Counted from the stretch's first letter, positions 43,217 to 54,756 are shown. The stretch: 64,000 nucleotides of DNA from an uncultured Actinomycetota bacterium (GCA_963743915.1 CAVURN010000002.1:512001-576000); one strand, 5' to 3'. Program-made: numbers and translations. Notes: generated by a model from the sequence alone, not told the origin.

Positions 43217-45719
43217 CTACCGCGAGACGGACTCGCCCTCCCGAATGTAGGGAACGCCCGATGCCCGTTGGACGTCGACGCTCGCCTCCGGCTGCCGCAT
43301 GAGCCTCGACGGCCACCAGATGCGCCCGCCGATCTCGTAGGACAGCGCCGGCACCAGCAGCGAGCGCACGATCAACGTGTCCAGCAGGACGCCGGCCGCC
43401 ACCGCGAAGCCGATCTGCTGGAGCACCACCAGCGGCAGGACACCCAGCACCAGGAACGTCGCCGCGAGGACGACGCCGGCACTGGTGATGACGCCGCCGG
43501 TGACCGCCAGTCCGCGCAGCAGTCCTGGCCGGGTTCCGAGCTTCAACGCCTCCTCGCGCACTCGGGTCATCAGGAAGATGTTGTAGTCGATGCCGAGCGC
43601 GACCAGGAACACGAACGTGAAGAGCGGGAACGAGGCGTCCTCACCCGGGAACCCTCGGAGGTCGAACGCGATGGCCGACAGTCCCAGGGTCGCGAAGTAC
43701 GAGAGGACCACCGTGGCGACCAGCAGCACCGGGGCCAGGATGGCTCGCAGCAGGATCACCAGGATCACGAAGATGACCAGCAGCACCAAGCGGGATGACG
43801 ACCTTGTTGTCGCGGATGCTCGCCTGCTGGGTGTCGTAGTTGACCGCCGTCGTGCCACCGACGAGGGCGTCCGCACCGGCGACCTCATCGAGGACGCTGC
43901 GCATCTGGACCACGGTCTGCTCAGCGGCATCAGAGTCGGCTGCGTCAGTGAGTGTCACATCGAGCTGCACGAGACCGTCGACGACCAGCGGCTCGGGTTC
44001 GGACGGCGATGGTTGCGCCGGTTCCCCTGCCGGCGGCTCGGTGGGTGGCGCCGCCGGTTGACCGGTGTAGGGCACCACCGTTGCGACGCCGTCGAGGTCG
44101 GAGATCGCCGCCACCATCTCTGGCAGCGCGTCGGCCGGCCCGATGACGGTTGCCGGGCTTCCCTCTCCAGCAGGGAAGTGCTCGGCCAGCTTCTCCTGAC
44201 CGACCACCGAGTCGACGTCGTTGACGAACAGGTCGGTGGTGGCGATGCCGGAGGCCGACAGGGTCGTGGAGAAGAACGCCAGGACCAGGAGTCCGGCACC
44301 CGCACCGACCCAGACCACCCGCGGTCGGTGTCCGACCTGCCTGCTGACCTTGGCCCACGTCCCCGACAGCTTGTCGTCGTGCTTGTCCACGTGCGGCACC
44401 CGCGGCCAGAACGCCCACCTGACCGGCTCGACGTCAAGCAGCCGAGGTCGACCGCCGGGACGCGTGAGCTGACGCCACAGACCTCCGACGACGAGCCCGA
44501 TCAGGGTCAGCGCTGCGAGCACTCCCCCGACGAGTACGAACGGGAGCAGCGGGGTGTCAAAGACGAGCTCCAGGACGATGCCGGGGATGACCAGCCCGAG
44601 GAAGACGCCGAGCGGAAGGGCCGCCGAGGGCACCAGCAGCAGAGCGGGCAGCAGCGTGAGCATGACGACGAGGGCGGACGCGATGCCGACAGCCGCCACG
44701 GGACCGGTCGACTTGTTGGAGTTGAGCTCGGAGAAGAGCAGCATCAGCAGGCCGAGGGACGCGGTTCCTCCGGACGCAAGGATCGGCTCCACCGTGCCAC
44801 GCCATGCCGCCTTGAGGGCGTCCACGGGTCGTTCGTAGTAGTGCAGCTCCTCGCGGTACCGGCTCACCATGAGCAGGGCGTAGTCGGTCCCCGCACCGAA
44901 GACGAGCACCGTGAGGATGCCCTGGCTCTGACCGTTGAGGGTCAGGATGTCGTTGGTCGCCAGCAGGTAGACCACTGCGCTGGCCAGCGACAGCGCGAAC
45001 CCGGCGCTGACCAGAGGGATGACCCAGAGGAAGGGGCTGCGGTAGACGAGGATCAGGATCACGGTGACGACCAGCGCGGTCGCGAGCAGCAGCGTGCCGT
45101 CGATGTCGCCGAACACCGAGATGAGGTCCGCCAGCACGCCACCGGGGCCGGTGACATAGCTGTCCATTCCCACCGGGTCCGCCGCCTCCGAAGCGGCCTC
45201 CGACAGTGACTCCGCGACGGCGAGGACCGGTGACTCCCCGTTCGGCAGAGCGTCCGTGGTCTTGTCCTCCGACAACAGGACGGTGACCAGGATCGCCTGC
45301 CCGTCCTGGGAGGGGATCGCCGTGACCGGGGCCGAGCTGAGGAAGTCGCCAAGCTCTTGACCGTCACTGGCACTGTCGCCCGTCTGCACGAAGAGGGACG
45401 GCACCTCGTCGACGAAGGACGCCACCGCGTCCTGCTGCTCCGGGGTGACCTGGTCACCGGAGACGAAGAGCACGACGACCGGCAGCGTGGCCTCGGCCGC
45501 GAACTTCTGCTGCAGGTCGATCACCTGGGTGGCCTCGGCATCCGCCGGCAGGAACGTGGCGTTGTCGTTCTCCTGCGCCGTGGACAGCTGCCCCGCGGCC
45601 GGCCCGATCACCCCACCGAGGGCGAACCACCCGATGATCAGCACGATCGCACCCCACACCCAGGCACGCGCATGGCGCGTCCGTGCGTGCATCGCGTGCG
45701 TCGACCCTGCCTCGGACAC
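43217..45719 (-). CDS. MMPL/RND-family transporter; frameshift ~43790
   Basis: VTGPGG, YRSP, FGAGTDYALL, RYREEL / VALGIDYNIFL, TGGVITSAG, LDTLIVR..LVPA. Confidence 0.92.
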
Positions 45720-45845
45720 GCCGGCTCCTCACATCGCTGATGGGGTGTTGACCGGGACGAATCTAGAGCAGGGCGCTGCTCCCCGCCCGCTCGGACCACA
45801 CGTCCGGCCCCGTTGCTGTCGCACCCCAGGACGTAGGGTGGAGGC

Positions 45846-46523
45846 ATGTCGCCGTCGGTCGTCCGCGTGGGCTTCAGCCCACCCCTGGGTGATGGCCTCG
45901 TCGACTACCACGCGGCCTGGCAGCTGCAGCAGCAGATCCACTCCGAGGTCGTCGCGGGCACCCGGGACGACACGGTGCTCCTGCTCGAGCACTCCGCCGT
46001 CTATACAGCGGGCAAACGCACGAACTCGTGGGAGCGTCCGACCGACGGCACGCCCGTCGTCGACGTCGACCGCGGAGGACGCATCACCTGGCACGGGCCC
46101 GGCCAGATCGTCGGCTACCCGATCACCCGGCTGCCCGACCCGGTCGACGTCGTCGCGTACGTGCGCCGCGTCGAGCAGGTCCTGATCGACGTGTGCGCCG
46201 ACCTCGGCGTCGACGCGGTGCGGGTCGACGGACGGAGCGGCGTCTGGCTGGCGGCCGACGAGCACGGACCGGAGCGCAAGGTCGGTGCGATCGGCGTCCG
46301 GGTCGCTCGGGGCGTGACGATGCACGGATTCGCCCTGAACGTGGCGAACTCCCTGGACGCGTACGACGTGATCGTGCCGTGCGGGATCAGGGACGCGGGT
46401 GTGACCACTCTGTCGATCGAACGTCAGCGCCGTGGCCGCTCCCCCGTCGCTGTCGCAGACGTGGTACCCGTCGTCGAGTCCCACCTGCCCACCGTGGTGT
46501 CGCCGGGGGTGCTGACCCGATGA
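45846..46523 (+). CDS. lipB: Octanoyltransferase
   Basis: [35 protein letters not shown]. Confidence 0.96.
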   Translation: MSPSVVRVGFSPPLGDGLVDYHAAWQLQQQIHSEVVAGTRDDTVLLLEHSAVYTAGKRTNSWERPTDGTPVVDVDRGGRITWHGPGQIVGYPITRLPDPVDVVAYVRRVEQVLIDVCADLGVDAVRVDGRSGVWLAADEHGPERKVGAIGVRVARGVTMHGFALNVANSLDAYDVIVPCGIRDAGVTTLSIERQRRGRSPVAVADVVPVVESHLPTVVSPGVLTR

Positions 46524-47482
46524 CCGTCGCACCCGAGGGCCGCAAGCTGCTCAGGCTGGAGGCTCGCAACGCGCAGACGCCGATCGAGCGCAAACCACCC
46601 TGGATCAAGACTCGGCTGAAAACCGGCCCGGAGTACCAGCAGATCAAGCAGCTCGTCCGCGACGAGGGCTTGCACACGGTGTGCGAAGCGGCCGGCTGCC
46701 CGAACATCTTCGAGTGCTGGGAGGACCGTGAGGCCACGTTCCTCATCGGCGGCGACCAGTGCACCCGGCGGTGCGACTTCTGCCAGATCGACACGGGCAA
46801 GCCCCAGGCGCTGGACGCCGACGAGCCTCGCCGTGTCGCCGAGAGCGTCGCGTCAATGGCGCTCCGCTACGCGACGGTCACCGGCGTCGCGCGCGACGAC
46901 CTCGCGGACGAGGGCGCGTGGCTCTACGCCGAGACCGTTCGCCAGATCCACGCCCTCAACCCGGACACCGGTGTCGAGCTGCTGATCCCCGACTTCTCCG
47001 GTGACCCTGCGCTGCTCGCGCAGGTCTTCGACTCGCGCCCGGAGGTGCTGGCGCACAATGTCGAGACCGTTCCCCGGATCTTCCGGCGGATCAGGCCCGG
47101 CTTCCGCTACGAGCGGTCGCTGGCGGTGCTCACCGCCGCGCGCGAGGCCGGTCTGGTCACCAAGTCCAACCTCATCCTCGGCCTCGGCGAGCAGACCGAC
47201 GAGGTGGTGGACGCCATCGACCAGCTCGTCGCAGCCGGATGTGAGCTGCTCACGATCACCCAGTACCTGCGACCCAGCGAACGGCACCATCCGATCGACC
47301 GTTGGGTCACGCCCGAGGAGTTCGACCGGCTCGGGACACTCGCGCTCGAGCGCGGCATCGTCGGGGTCATGAGCGGCCCGCTGGTCCGGTCGTCCTACCG
47401 CGCCGGACGCCTGTATCGCCAGGCTGTCGGGGCCCGTGAAGAGGCGGCGGTGACCGACGTCGCGCCCCACACGGTCCGATGA
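46520..47482 (+). CDS. lipA: Lipoyl synthase
   Basis: [25 protein letters not shown]; start MTVAPEGRK. Confidence 0.96.
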   Translation: MTVAPEGRKLLRLEARNAQTPIERKPPWIKTRLKTGPEYQQIKQLVRDEGLHTVCEAAGCPNIFECWEDREATFLIGGDQCTRRCDFCQIDTGKPQALDADEPRRVAESVASMALRYATVTGVARDDLADEGAWLYAETVRQIHALNPDTGVELLIPDFSGDPALLAQVFDSRPEVLAHNVETVPRIFRRIRPGFRYERSLAVLTAAREAGLVTKSNLILGLGEQTDEVVDAIDQLVAAGCELLTITQYLRPSERHHPIDRWVTPEEFDRLGTLALERGIVGVMSGPLVRSSYRAGRLYRQAVGAREEAAVTDVAPHTVR

Positions 47483-47508
47483 CCGCCGGTCGGTCGTAGG
47501 CTTCCCCC

Positions 47509-48213
47509 ATGTTCCGGAAGAAGAAGGATGACGGGGAGGCCCCCGCCAAGCAGGGTCGCCTCGCGCAGATCAAGCAGACCTACACCATCACCAAGGAGTC
47601 CGACCCTCGGATCGGGCTGATCCTGCTCGCCGTCTTCCTCCTGCCCTTCCTCGCCCTGCTCGGCGTCGGGTTCCTCATCGACAGCCCGATCCTGCTCGGC
47701 GTCCTCGGGTTCTTCACCGGGCTGACCCTCGCCATGTGGATCTTCGGACGCCGCGCCGAGCGCGCCGTCTACGGCCAGCTCGAGGGCCAGATGGGCGCGG
47801 CGGCAGCTGCCCTCAACGTGCTCAAGCGCGGCTGGACGGTGACTCCGGCCGTCGCCTTCACCAAGCAGCAGGACCTCGCGCACCGCGTCGTCGGACGCGC
47901 GGGCGTCGTCCTGGTGGGTGAAGGCAGCAGCCCCTCACGGATCCAGCACCTGCTCGTCCAGGAGAAGCGGAAGGTGCAGCGGGTCGCCCCCGACGTCGCC
48001 GTGCACGAGATCGTCGCGGGCAACGGCGAGGGGCAGGTGCCGCTCCGCAAGCTGCCCCGCGCCGTCACCAAGCTGCCGAAGTCGCTGACCCCGGCACAGG
48101 TCAACGAGCTCAACCACCGCCTGCGGGCGTTGCAGGCGCAGCAGGGACAGCTGCCGATCCCGAAGGGCCCGATGCCGCGCAGCACCAAGCAGGCGCGCAG
48201 CATGCGCGGCTGA
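47509..48213 (+). CDS. DUF4191 membrane protein
   Basis: Two TMs; HRVVGRAGVVLVGEG, GQVPLRKL, PKGPMP; conserved after lipA. Confidence 0.9.
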   Translation: MFRKKKDDGEAPAKQGRLAQIKQTYTITKESDPRIGLILLAVFLLPFLALLGVGFLIDSPILLGVLGFFTGLTLAMWIFGRRAERAVYGQLEGQMGAAAAALNVLKRGWTVTPAVAFTKQQDLAHRVVGRAGVVLVGEGSSPSRIQHLLVQEKRKVQRVAPDVAVHEIVAGNGEGQVPLRKLPRAVTKLPKSLTPAQVNELNHRLRALQAQQGQLPIPKGPMPRSTKQARSMRG

Positions 48214-48220
48214 CGGCCCG

Positions 48221-48760
48221 ATGGCCGCGTCTCCGGATCGCGCACGTCTCGGGTCGCATGGCGGAGTCACCTTCACGCTGCGCGGTGCGGACTGCGTCGA
48301 CCAGCTGGAGCCGTTGTGGTTGCTCCTCTTCGACCATCACCGGTCGGTGGGCGATGCCGGCATCCGCACCATCGAGCGTCATCGCTCATGGCCACGCCGG
48401 CGTCGACTCTACGAGGGGATGTTCGAGAAGCCCGGCACGTTCGTCGTCCTCGTCGAGCGGGACGGGCAGTCGGTCGGATATGCCTTCTGCCATCTGCACG
48501 AAGGAGCCGATGACACCTGGGACACCGGTGACCTCCTGGGCGAGATCGAGACCTTGGTGCTCGCCCCGCACGTACGAGGGTCAGGGCTGGGGAACGCGCT
48601 GATGGACGTCGCGGAGGCCGAGCTGAGCCGCCGTGGCGCCGATGACGTGGTCACCGCTGTGCTGGAGGGGAATGACCGTGCCCGGGCCTTCTACCTGGCA
48701 CGCGGGATGCGACCGACCGTGACGCACCTGATGAAGATCAGACCATCAGCGGAGGGTTAA
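48221..48760 (+). CDS. GNAT-family acetyltransferase
   Basis: IETLVL..RGSGLGNALM, N.RARAFY..RG; start codon uncertain. Confidence 0.8.
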   Translation: MAASPDRARLGSHGGVTFTLRGADCVDQLEPLWLLLFDHHRSVGDAGIRTIERHRSWPRRRRLYEGMFEKPGTFVVLVERDGQSVGYAFCHLHEGADDTWDTGDLLGEIETLVLAPHVRGSGLGNALMDVAEAELSRRGADDVVTAVLEGNDRARAFYLARGMRPTVTHLMKIRPSAEG

Positions 48761-49227
48761 CGGACGCGGGCGACGACGGTCCCGCCGACGCGGTCGTGCA
48801 GACCTCGTCGATCGCGGTCGTAGATCACCGCGGGGATCACGAGCGCCAGCAGCACCGACCGCCCCACGATGCGCAGCAGCGAGAACCGCTGCGCCCCTAC
48901 CGGGAGCACATTGAGGCCGAGGACCCACATGCCGATCGTTGCTCCGGCCGTCATGAGCAGCACCACGTACATGACGACCAGGACCCCGAGGTTCACCAGT
49001 CCGAAGGTGTCGTCACCGGGCTCCGGCGGGCCGACGATGGCGAGGGACACACCCAGGACGACGAACCAGTCGATGACGAGGGCCAACACCCGGCGCCCCC
49101 ACGGAGCTGCTGACCGAGGACCGGCCTCCGGCATCCTGAGGCGCTCCCCCGGGTAGCCCTCGCTGCCGTCCAGTCCTGTGTCGATGCGCGGTCCGGACAG
49201 CCACGATCCGATGTCTCTGCGGTCCAC
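48757..49227 (-). CDS. RDD-family membrane protein
   Basis: YPGERL, GRRVLALVIDW, DRDRRGLHDR; usual gene upstream of glnA. Confidence 0.9.
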   Translation of the reverse strand: MDRRDIGSWLSGPRIDTGLDGSEGYPGERLRMPEAGPRSAAPWGRRVLALVIDWFVVLGVSLAIVGPPEPGDDTFGLVNLGVLVVMYVVLLMTAGATIGMWVLGLNVLPVGAQRFSLLRIVGRSVLLALVIPAVIYDRDRRGLHDRVGGTVVARVR

Positions 49228-49284
49228 GCCCCCACGGTACGGCGCGACCCCCGACGCCGCACGACGGTGGTGTCGAAGAACGTG

Positions 49285-49320
49285 CGGGGGCTGAGGTGGC
49301 CATGGCCACCTCAGCCCCCG
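49285..49320. terminator. Perfect 36-bp palindrome downstream of hsp20 (probable terminator)
   Basis: cgggggctgaggtggcca|tggccacctcagcccccg. Confidence 0.7.
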
Positions 49321-49363
49321 GGGTCACCGTCACGAGCGTCTGACGCGTCGTGGCGGCGGCGTC

Positions 49364-49858
49364 CTACTCCGTGGTCCCTTCGATCACGGCACGCCGCTGG
49401 GTGTCGCGTCCCCGGTTGATCTCGACCTTCTGCGGCTGAGGTTCCGGTTGTGTGACTCCCTTGATCCGGATCTCGAGGATTCCGTTCTCATACGCGGCCT
49501 CGACGTCGTCACCGGTGATGCCCGGCGGCAGCGCGAACTCGCGGCGGAAGGACCCGTACCGGTGCTCACGCACCAGTACCTTGCGGTCCTCGGACTCCTC
49601 GGCGATGGACTCTTCCCGGTGTCCGCTCACCCGCAGGCGGCTGTCGTGGACCTCGATCTCGACGTCCTTGTCGATGTCGATGCCCGGCAGCTCCAGGCGG
49701 ACCAGCACGTCGGTTCCCTCGGTCACCATCTCGACGGGCGGCACGAAGCCGGCCGTCATCGCTCCCCGGGGGCCTCCCCAGGTGCGGCGAACCAGGTCAT
49801 CGAAGTCACGGTCCAGCCGAGACAGGGTGGTGAAGGGGTCCCAAGACATGATGGACAT
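49364..49858 (-). CDS. Hsp20/alpha-crystallin small heat-shock protein
   Basis: WDPF, LELPGID, YGSFRREFALP, AAYENGILEI; SD GGAGG. Confidence 0.92.
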   Translation of the reverse strand: MSIMSWDPFTTLSRLDRDFDDLVRRTWGGPRGAMTAGFVPPVEMVTEGTDVLVRLELPGIDIDKDVEIEVHDSRLRVSGHREESIAEESEDRKVLVREHRYGSFRREFALPPGITGDDVEAAYENGILEIRIKGVTQPEPQPQKVEINRGRDTQRRAVIEGTTE

Positions 49859-49980
49859 GCAGCACCTCCTCGGAGGATCACGCCTCCGGGCCCTTCCCGG
49901 AGGGCACAGTCCCAGGATAAGCACTGGTCAGAGCGCTCGCCAGGGGCCGAAGTCCAGGCACCCAGCGCAGTGTGCGAGGT

Positions 49981-50017
49981 CGGAAACTCTTGCCGGTCTC
50001 ACCGGCACTTGTTTCCG
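49981..50017 (-). terminator. Hairpin downstream of adenylate-kinase-like gene
   Basis: cggaaac-tct-tgccggt-ctc-accggca-ctt-gtttccg. Confidence 0.5.
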
Positions 50018-50029
50018 CTCTTGGCCCAC

Positions 50030-50548
50030 TCAGCCGACGCGATCCAGCCACCACCGAGCGGCCGCCGGACGCCGGAGGCGCACCTTGTGCAGGTCGGCGT
50101 ACCGAGGATCGGCGAAGCGGTCTTCCAGGTCGGTCTTGCGAGCGGCGTAGGCGCGCATCGACCACTGCACCGGGTGTTCAGGGTCGAGCCAGTCCCGAAA
50201 GCTCTCAGTGTTCCCGTTGAACAGCTCCCGGCGATCCAGGGCCCGGGCCGCCGAGCGGGTGAGCACCCGACGCATCACGACCGGTCGCGAGTAGTCCAGC
50301 CACACCGCGCCGTCGGCACGGGACCACAGCAGGTCCCTGACCTGCGCATACCCCTGCGAGTCGAGCACCCACGCATCCTCGGCCGCGAGACGCTCGACGT
50401 CCTCGACGAAGGTCGGGATCGGCCTCCAGCCCGGTCCGTGGAACAGGGCGTCCATCTCGTGGTACGGCAGGTCCAGCCGCTGGGCGAGCTCGCGGGCGAA
50501 GGTGGTCTTGCCCGATCCGGTGATGCCGCACACGAGGATCCGACGCAC
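50030..50548 (-). CDS. Adenylate-kinase/FlaR-like P-loop protein
   Basis: GITGSGKTT, EMDALFHGPGW, RRELFNGNTE. Confidence 0.85.
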   Translation of the reverse strand: MRRILVCGITGSGKTTFARELAQRLDLPYHEMDALFHGPGWRPIPTFVEDVERLAAEDAWVLDSQGYAQVRDLLWSRADGAVWLDYSRPVVMRRVLTRSAARALDRRELFNGNTESFRDWLDPEHPVQWSMRAYAARKTDLEDRFADPRYADLHKVRLRRPAAARWWLDRVG

Positions 50549-50576
50549 CGGAGCAGCGTAGGACCCTGGCCCGCAG

Positions 50577-50614
50577 GTAACGCGGCTGAAACACTGGGGA
50601 CACCGAAGGGAAAC
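50577..50614 (+). promoter_or_regulatory. GlnR box (a-b-a-b sites) upstream of glnA
   Basis: GTAAC-n6-GAAAC-n6-GACAC-n6-GAAAC, then -10 TAGCGT at 50625-50630. Confidence 0.88.
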
Positions 50615-50690
50615 TGCTCCGCCCTAGCGTGAGCCACGTTCTGCCCGCCCCGGCTCGTGGGGAAGCGAGCCGGCCGCCCCCAGGAGAGGC

Positions 50691-52115
50691 ATGTTCACCA
50701 GCGCTGACGAGGTCCTCGGCTTCATCAAGAACAACGACGTGAAATTCGTCGACGTCCGTTTCTGCGACCTGCCGGGGGTGATGCAGCACTTCAACGTTCC
50801 GGCATCCAGCTTCGACAGCGCCGCCTTCGACGAAGGACTGATGTTCGACGGCTCCTCCATCCGTGGCTTCCAGGCGATCCACGAGTCCGACATGAAGCTC
50901 GTGCCGGACCCGAAGACCGCCTTCATCGACCCGTTCCGCGCCGAGAAGACGCTCGTCATGAACTTCTCGATCCGCGACCCCTTCACCGACGAGCCGTACA
51001 GCCGTGACCCGCGCAACATCGCGGCCAAGGCCGAGGAGTACCTGAAGAGCACGGGGATCGCCGACACGGTCTACTTCGGTGCTGAGGCCGAGTTCTACGT
51101 CTTCGACGACGTGCGCTTCGAGACCAAGCAGAACACCGCGAGCTACTTCGTCGACTCCATCGAGGGAGCGTGGAACAGTGCGCGGCACGAGGACGGCGGG
51201 AACCTCGGTTACAAGACGCGCTTCAAGGGCGGATACTTCCCCGTGCCTCCCGTCGACCACTTCGCCGACCTGCGTGACGAGATGTCGCTGGTGCTCGGCG
51301 AGGTCGGCATCGACGTCGAGCGCGCGCACCACGAGGTCGGCACTGGCGGGCAGGCCGAGATCAACTACCGCTTCTCGACGCTCACCCACTCCGCCGACCA
51401 GATCATGCTCTTCAAGTACGTGATCAAGAACGTGGCGTGGAAGAACGGACGCACCGCGACCTTCATGCCCAAGCCCCTCTTCGGCGACAACGGTTCTGGC
51501 ATGCACTGCCACCAGAGCCTCTGGAAGGACGGCGTCCCGCTCTTCTACGACGAGATGGGTTATGGCGGTCTGTCCGACACCGCCCGTCACTACATCGGCG
51601 GCCTGCTCGCACACGCGCCGAGCCTGCTGGCCTTCACGAACCCGACGGTCAACAGCTACCGACGCCTCGTGCCCGGCTACGAGGCACCGGTCAACCTCGT
51701 CTACTCGCAGCGCAACCGATCGGCCTGCATCCGCATCCCGATCACCGGCAGCAACCCCAAGGCCAAGCGCATCGAGTTCCGGGTTCCCGACCCCTCGGCC
51801 AACCCCTACCTCGCCTTCGCCGCCATGCTGCTCGCCGGGATCGACGGCGTGAAGAACAAGATCGAGCCGCCGGAGCCGGTCGACAAGGACCTCTACGAGC
51901 TCCCGCCGGACGAGCGTGCCGACATCCCGCAGGTGCCCGGTTCACTTCCCGAGGTGCTCGACGCCCTCGAGAAGGACCACGACTACCTGCTCGAGGGTGG
52001 CGTCTTCAGCCAGGACCTGCTCGAGACCTGGATCGACTGGAAGCGCGCGAACGAGGTCGCTCCGATCCAGCTGCGTCCGACTCCGCACGAGTTCGAGCTC
52101 TATTACGACATCTGA
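50691..52115 (+). CDS. glnA: Glutamine synthetase type I
   Basis: [37 protein letters not shown] adenylylation site. Confidence 0.98.
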   Translation: MFTSADEVLGFIKNNDVKFVDVRFCDLPGVMQHFNVPASSFDSAAFDEGLMFDGSSIRGFQAIHESDMKLVPDPKTAFIDPFRAEKTLVMNFSIRDPFTDEPYSRDPRNIAAKAEEYLKSTGIADTVYFGAEAEFYVFDDVRFETKQNTASYFVDSIEGAWNSARHEDGGNLGYKTRFKGGYFPVPPVDHFADLRDEMSLVLGEVGIDVERAHHEVGTGGQAEINYRFSTLTHSADQIMLFKYVIKNVAWKNGRTATFMPKPLFGDNGSGMHCHQSLWKDGVPLFYDEMGYGGLSDTARHYIGGLLAHAPSLLAFTNPTVNSYRRLVPGYEAPVNLVYSQRNRSACIRIPITGSNPKAKRIEFRVPDPSANPYLAFAAMLLAGIDGVKNKIEPPEPVDKDLYELPPDERADIPQVPGSLPEVLDALEKDHDYLLEGGVFSQDLLETWIDWKRANEVAPIQLRPTPHEFELYYDI

Positions 52116-52124
52116 GCAACCGCA

Positions 52125-52163
52125 GGACGATGCCCGCGCCCGATACTGGCGCGGGCATCGTCC
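52125..52163. terminator. Terminator hairpin after glnA
   Basis: ggacgatgcccgcgcc-cgatact-ggcgcgggcatcgtcc. Confidence 0.75.
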
Positions 52164-52171
52164 ATTCCGAC

Positions 52172-53104
52172 TCAGCGGACTGGGACGTGAAGGTCGGTCA
52201 TCGCCCGCTGACGAAGAGCGATGCCGGCCGTGGCACCGACGATGATGAGCGCCCCCAACAGCTGACGAGGGTCCAGCCGCTCTCCGAGCAGGTAGGCGGC
52301 TGCCACTCCGAACACCGGAATGAGGGGCAGGAATGCTCCCGCGTAGGACGCAGGTACCTGGCGCAGTCCGGCGACGTAGAAGGTGAACCCGAGACCGTAG
52401 TAGAGGAAGCCTGACGCAGCCGCCCCCATCCAGTCCCCGGTACTGAGTCCGGTCGTCTCCCATCCGGTGCCCCCTGCGAGCTCGACGACGGTTGCCAGGA
52501 CGACGGCGAAGCCGAACGCCGCAAGCTGCTGGGCGAGCACCACCGTGAGCGACGAGTCGTCGAGCAGCATGCGCCGGGTGAGAACGGTGTACACCGCGCA
52601 GAACCCGATGGACACCAACGTGAGGACGATGCCGATGGGCTCGCCACTGGCCCCGGGCTGGTACAGCACCATCAGCGCGCCAGTCACCGCGACGGCGATC
52701 AGGGCCGCGAGTGTCGCCGAGATGTGCTCCTTGAGCACGAGGGCTGCCAGGAGCAGGATGACGACAGGTTCAAGAGCCCACAGCAGCACGGACAGACTCG
52801 CCGTGATGGTTGTGAGCCCGACCAGCCCGAGGGCGTAGGCGATGCCGGGGTTGAGGACGCCCAGGGCGGCGAGTCGACGCACAGGCGGCGTCCACGCAAG
52901 TCGATCACGACGCACCATGGTGATCAGTGCCAGCAGCCCACAGCTGGCGGCGAGCTGTACGGGAAGCAAGGTGAAGGGGGTGACCTCGTCCACGAGCTGT
53001 TTCGAGACCACGGTGCCGAGACCCCAGCAGGCCGCTGCGGCTACGAGCGCGGCGACGGCAGTGGGCGCAACATGCGCGCCAGGGCGCGCGTGACGAACAG
53101 ACAT
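52172..53104 (-). CDS. EamA/DMT-family transporter
   Basis: AACWG, two EamA repeats (LEPV..VLKE; LIPVFG..LLGERL). Confidence 0.9.
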   Translation of the reverse strand: MSVRHARPGAHVAPTAVAALVAAAACWGLGTVVSKQLVDEVTPFTLLPVQLAASCGLLALITMVRRDRLAWTPPVRRLAALGVLNPGIAYALGLVGLTTITASLSVLLWALEPVVILLLAALVLKEHISATLAALIAVAVTGALMVLYQPGASGEPIGIVLTLVSIGFCAVYTVLTRRMLLDDSSLTVVLAQQLAAFGFAVVLATVVELAGGTGWETTGLSTGDWMGAAASGFLYYGLGFTFYVAGLRQVPASYAGAFLPLIPVFGVAAAYLLGERLDPRQLLGALIIVGATAGIALRQRAMTDLHVPVR

Positions 53105-53268
53105 GGCAACACTCCCGCGATGATTCAGACAGGACCGAGATCAGAACCGCACTCGCGGCTGAGCCGCGTCAGTGGGACGCGTCTTCCTCATCGCAGCAGT
53201 CGTAGGCAGGAACCCGACAGGGCTTCGCCAGCCCTCGGGAACACACCTGCCCGGCCATGGGGCGAAGG

Positions 53269-53880
53269 CTACTCCCCCATCGGTGCGTCGGGGTCCAGCG
53301 CAGGATCACCCTCCGGCAGGACGTCGATCGCCCAGTCGGACCTCTTCCATGAGGGCACCGGTGTCCGCCGACCCTCCCGAGGAACGAAGGTGGATATCTC
53401 CACCGGTTCCATGCGATGGATATAGCGCGGACAGTTGGGCCAGATGGCGGTCGTGTGCACCCGCACGACGAACTGCGCTTCCGGGTAGTCGGGCAGGAGC
53501 TCGTCGTCGTGGTCGATGGTGGCTGAGCCCTGAAGGCGGAGCCGATGCCCCTTCTGCCAGTTGATGAAGAGCATGCCCACCATGCTGCTCTCCAGGATGT
53601 TGCCCATCGCCATGTACATGCCGTTGCCGTTGTAGTTCGGAAAAGCGAGGGTTCGCTCGTCGACCGCTTGCACGAATCCCGGTGCACCGCCCTTGTAGCC
53701 GACGGTGGGCACACCGTCGGGCGTCACGGTGGCCAAGAAGAAGTGGTCCAGCGACTGGATGAAGGAGACATCGGAGCTGCTGAGTGTTTCGTTGACCAGG
53801 ACTTCCTCCAGCCGGTCCGCGAGACGGCGGGTGTCGAACTGGTCCTGCATGGCGCGGTTGCCGCGGTGGTAGATGGACAT
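53269..53880 (-). CDS. Pyridoxamine 5'-phosphate oxidase-family FMN-binding protein
   Basis: YHRGNRAMQ, FFLAT, YKGGAPGFV, FPNYNGNGMY, NCPRYIH. Confidence 0.88.
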   Translation of the reverse strand: MSIYHRGNRAMQDQFDTRRLADRLEEVLVNETLSSSDVSFIQSLDHFFLATVTPDGVPTVGYKGGAPGFVQAVDERTLAFPNYNGNGMYMAMGNILESSMVGMLFINWQKGHRLRLQGSATIDHDDELLPDYPEAQFVVRVHTTAIWPNCPRYIHRMEPVEISTFVPREGRRTPVPSWKRSDWAIDVLPEGDPALDPDAPMGE

Positions 53881-54003
53881 TCCGTGCTCATCTCGTCGCG
53901 AAGGCAGATGGACACACGCTAGGACCACGGCGGGACGAGCAGCAGGCCCCAATGGGCTAGTCAGCTGAACCGGCACGGGACCGTAGGGCAGTGCGCTCTG
54001 GCG

Positions 54004-54756
54004 TCAGCGGGCCATGTAGCCACCGTCGATGTAGAGCTCGAGACCGGTGACGAACGCCGCGTCGTCACTGGCCAGGTACGCAACCCCGGCGGCGATGTCC
54101 TCGGGCTGACCCAGCCGACCCATCGGCGTGAGAGCTGTCATCCCGTCCCAGATCGGGGTACCGCGGGACTGCTCGAGGATGGGGGTGGCGATGAATCCCG
54201 GATGGATCGAGTTGACCCGGATCCCCTCGGTGGACCAGTGCAGGGCGACGTTCTTGGTGAGGGTCCGTACGGCACCTTTGGCCGCGTGGTAGGCCGGAGA
54301 GACGCCGAACCCGCCGCTGGCGCCGAAGATCGAGCTGATGTTGATGACCGAGGCGTGCGCTGACTTCTTCAGGTGCGGCGCTGCAGCCTTCATGCCGAGA
54401 AAGACGCCGGTCTGGTCGATGGCGACCGTGCGGTCCCACTCCGCAAGCGTGGTCTCCTCGATGGGCTTGATGTCGCCCATGCCGGCGTTGTTGACCAGGA
54501 TGTCGAGGGAGCCGAATGCCTCGACCGCCTTCGCGCACGCGGCGTCCCACTCGGGCTCGCTGGTGACGTCGTGCTTGAGGAAGACCGCCCTGCCTCCGCC
54601 CTCGTTGATCTCCGCGACGGTGCTCTGCCCACCACCTTCATCGATGTCGGTGACCAGCACTGCTGCGCCTTCGTCGGCGAGCCGCTTGGCGGTCGCCCGG
54701 CCGATGCCGCTGGCCGCTCCGGTGACAATGGCGACCCTGCCCTCGAGCCGATTCAT
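54004..54756 (-). CDS. Short-chain dehydrogenase/reductase
   Basis: TGAASGIG, NNAG, YHAAK, RVNSIHPG, IDGG. Confidence 0.93.
   Translation of the reverse strand: MNRLEGRVAIVTGAASGIGRATAKRLADEGAAVLVTDIDEGGGQSTVAEINEGGGRAVFLKHDVTSEPEWDAACAKAVEAFGSLDILVNNAGMGDIKPIEETTLAEWDRTVAIDQTGVFLGMKAAAPHLKKSAHASVINISSIFGASGGFGVSPAYHAAKGAVRTLTKNVALHWSTEGIRVNSIHPGFIATPILEQSRGTPIWDGMTALTPMGRLGQPEDIAAGVAYLASDDAAFVTGLELYIDGGYMAR

Noticed and set aside
49860-49980. HspR (HAIR) or HrcA (CIRCE) operator upstream of hsp20
   Set aside because: Only a partial AGCACT half-site; no convincing inverted repeat.
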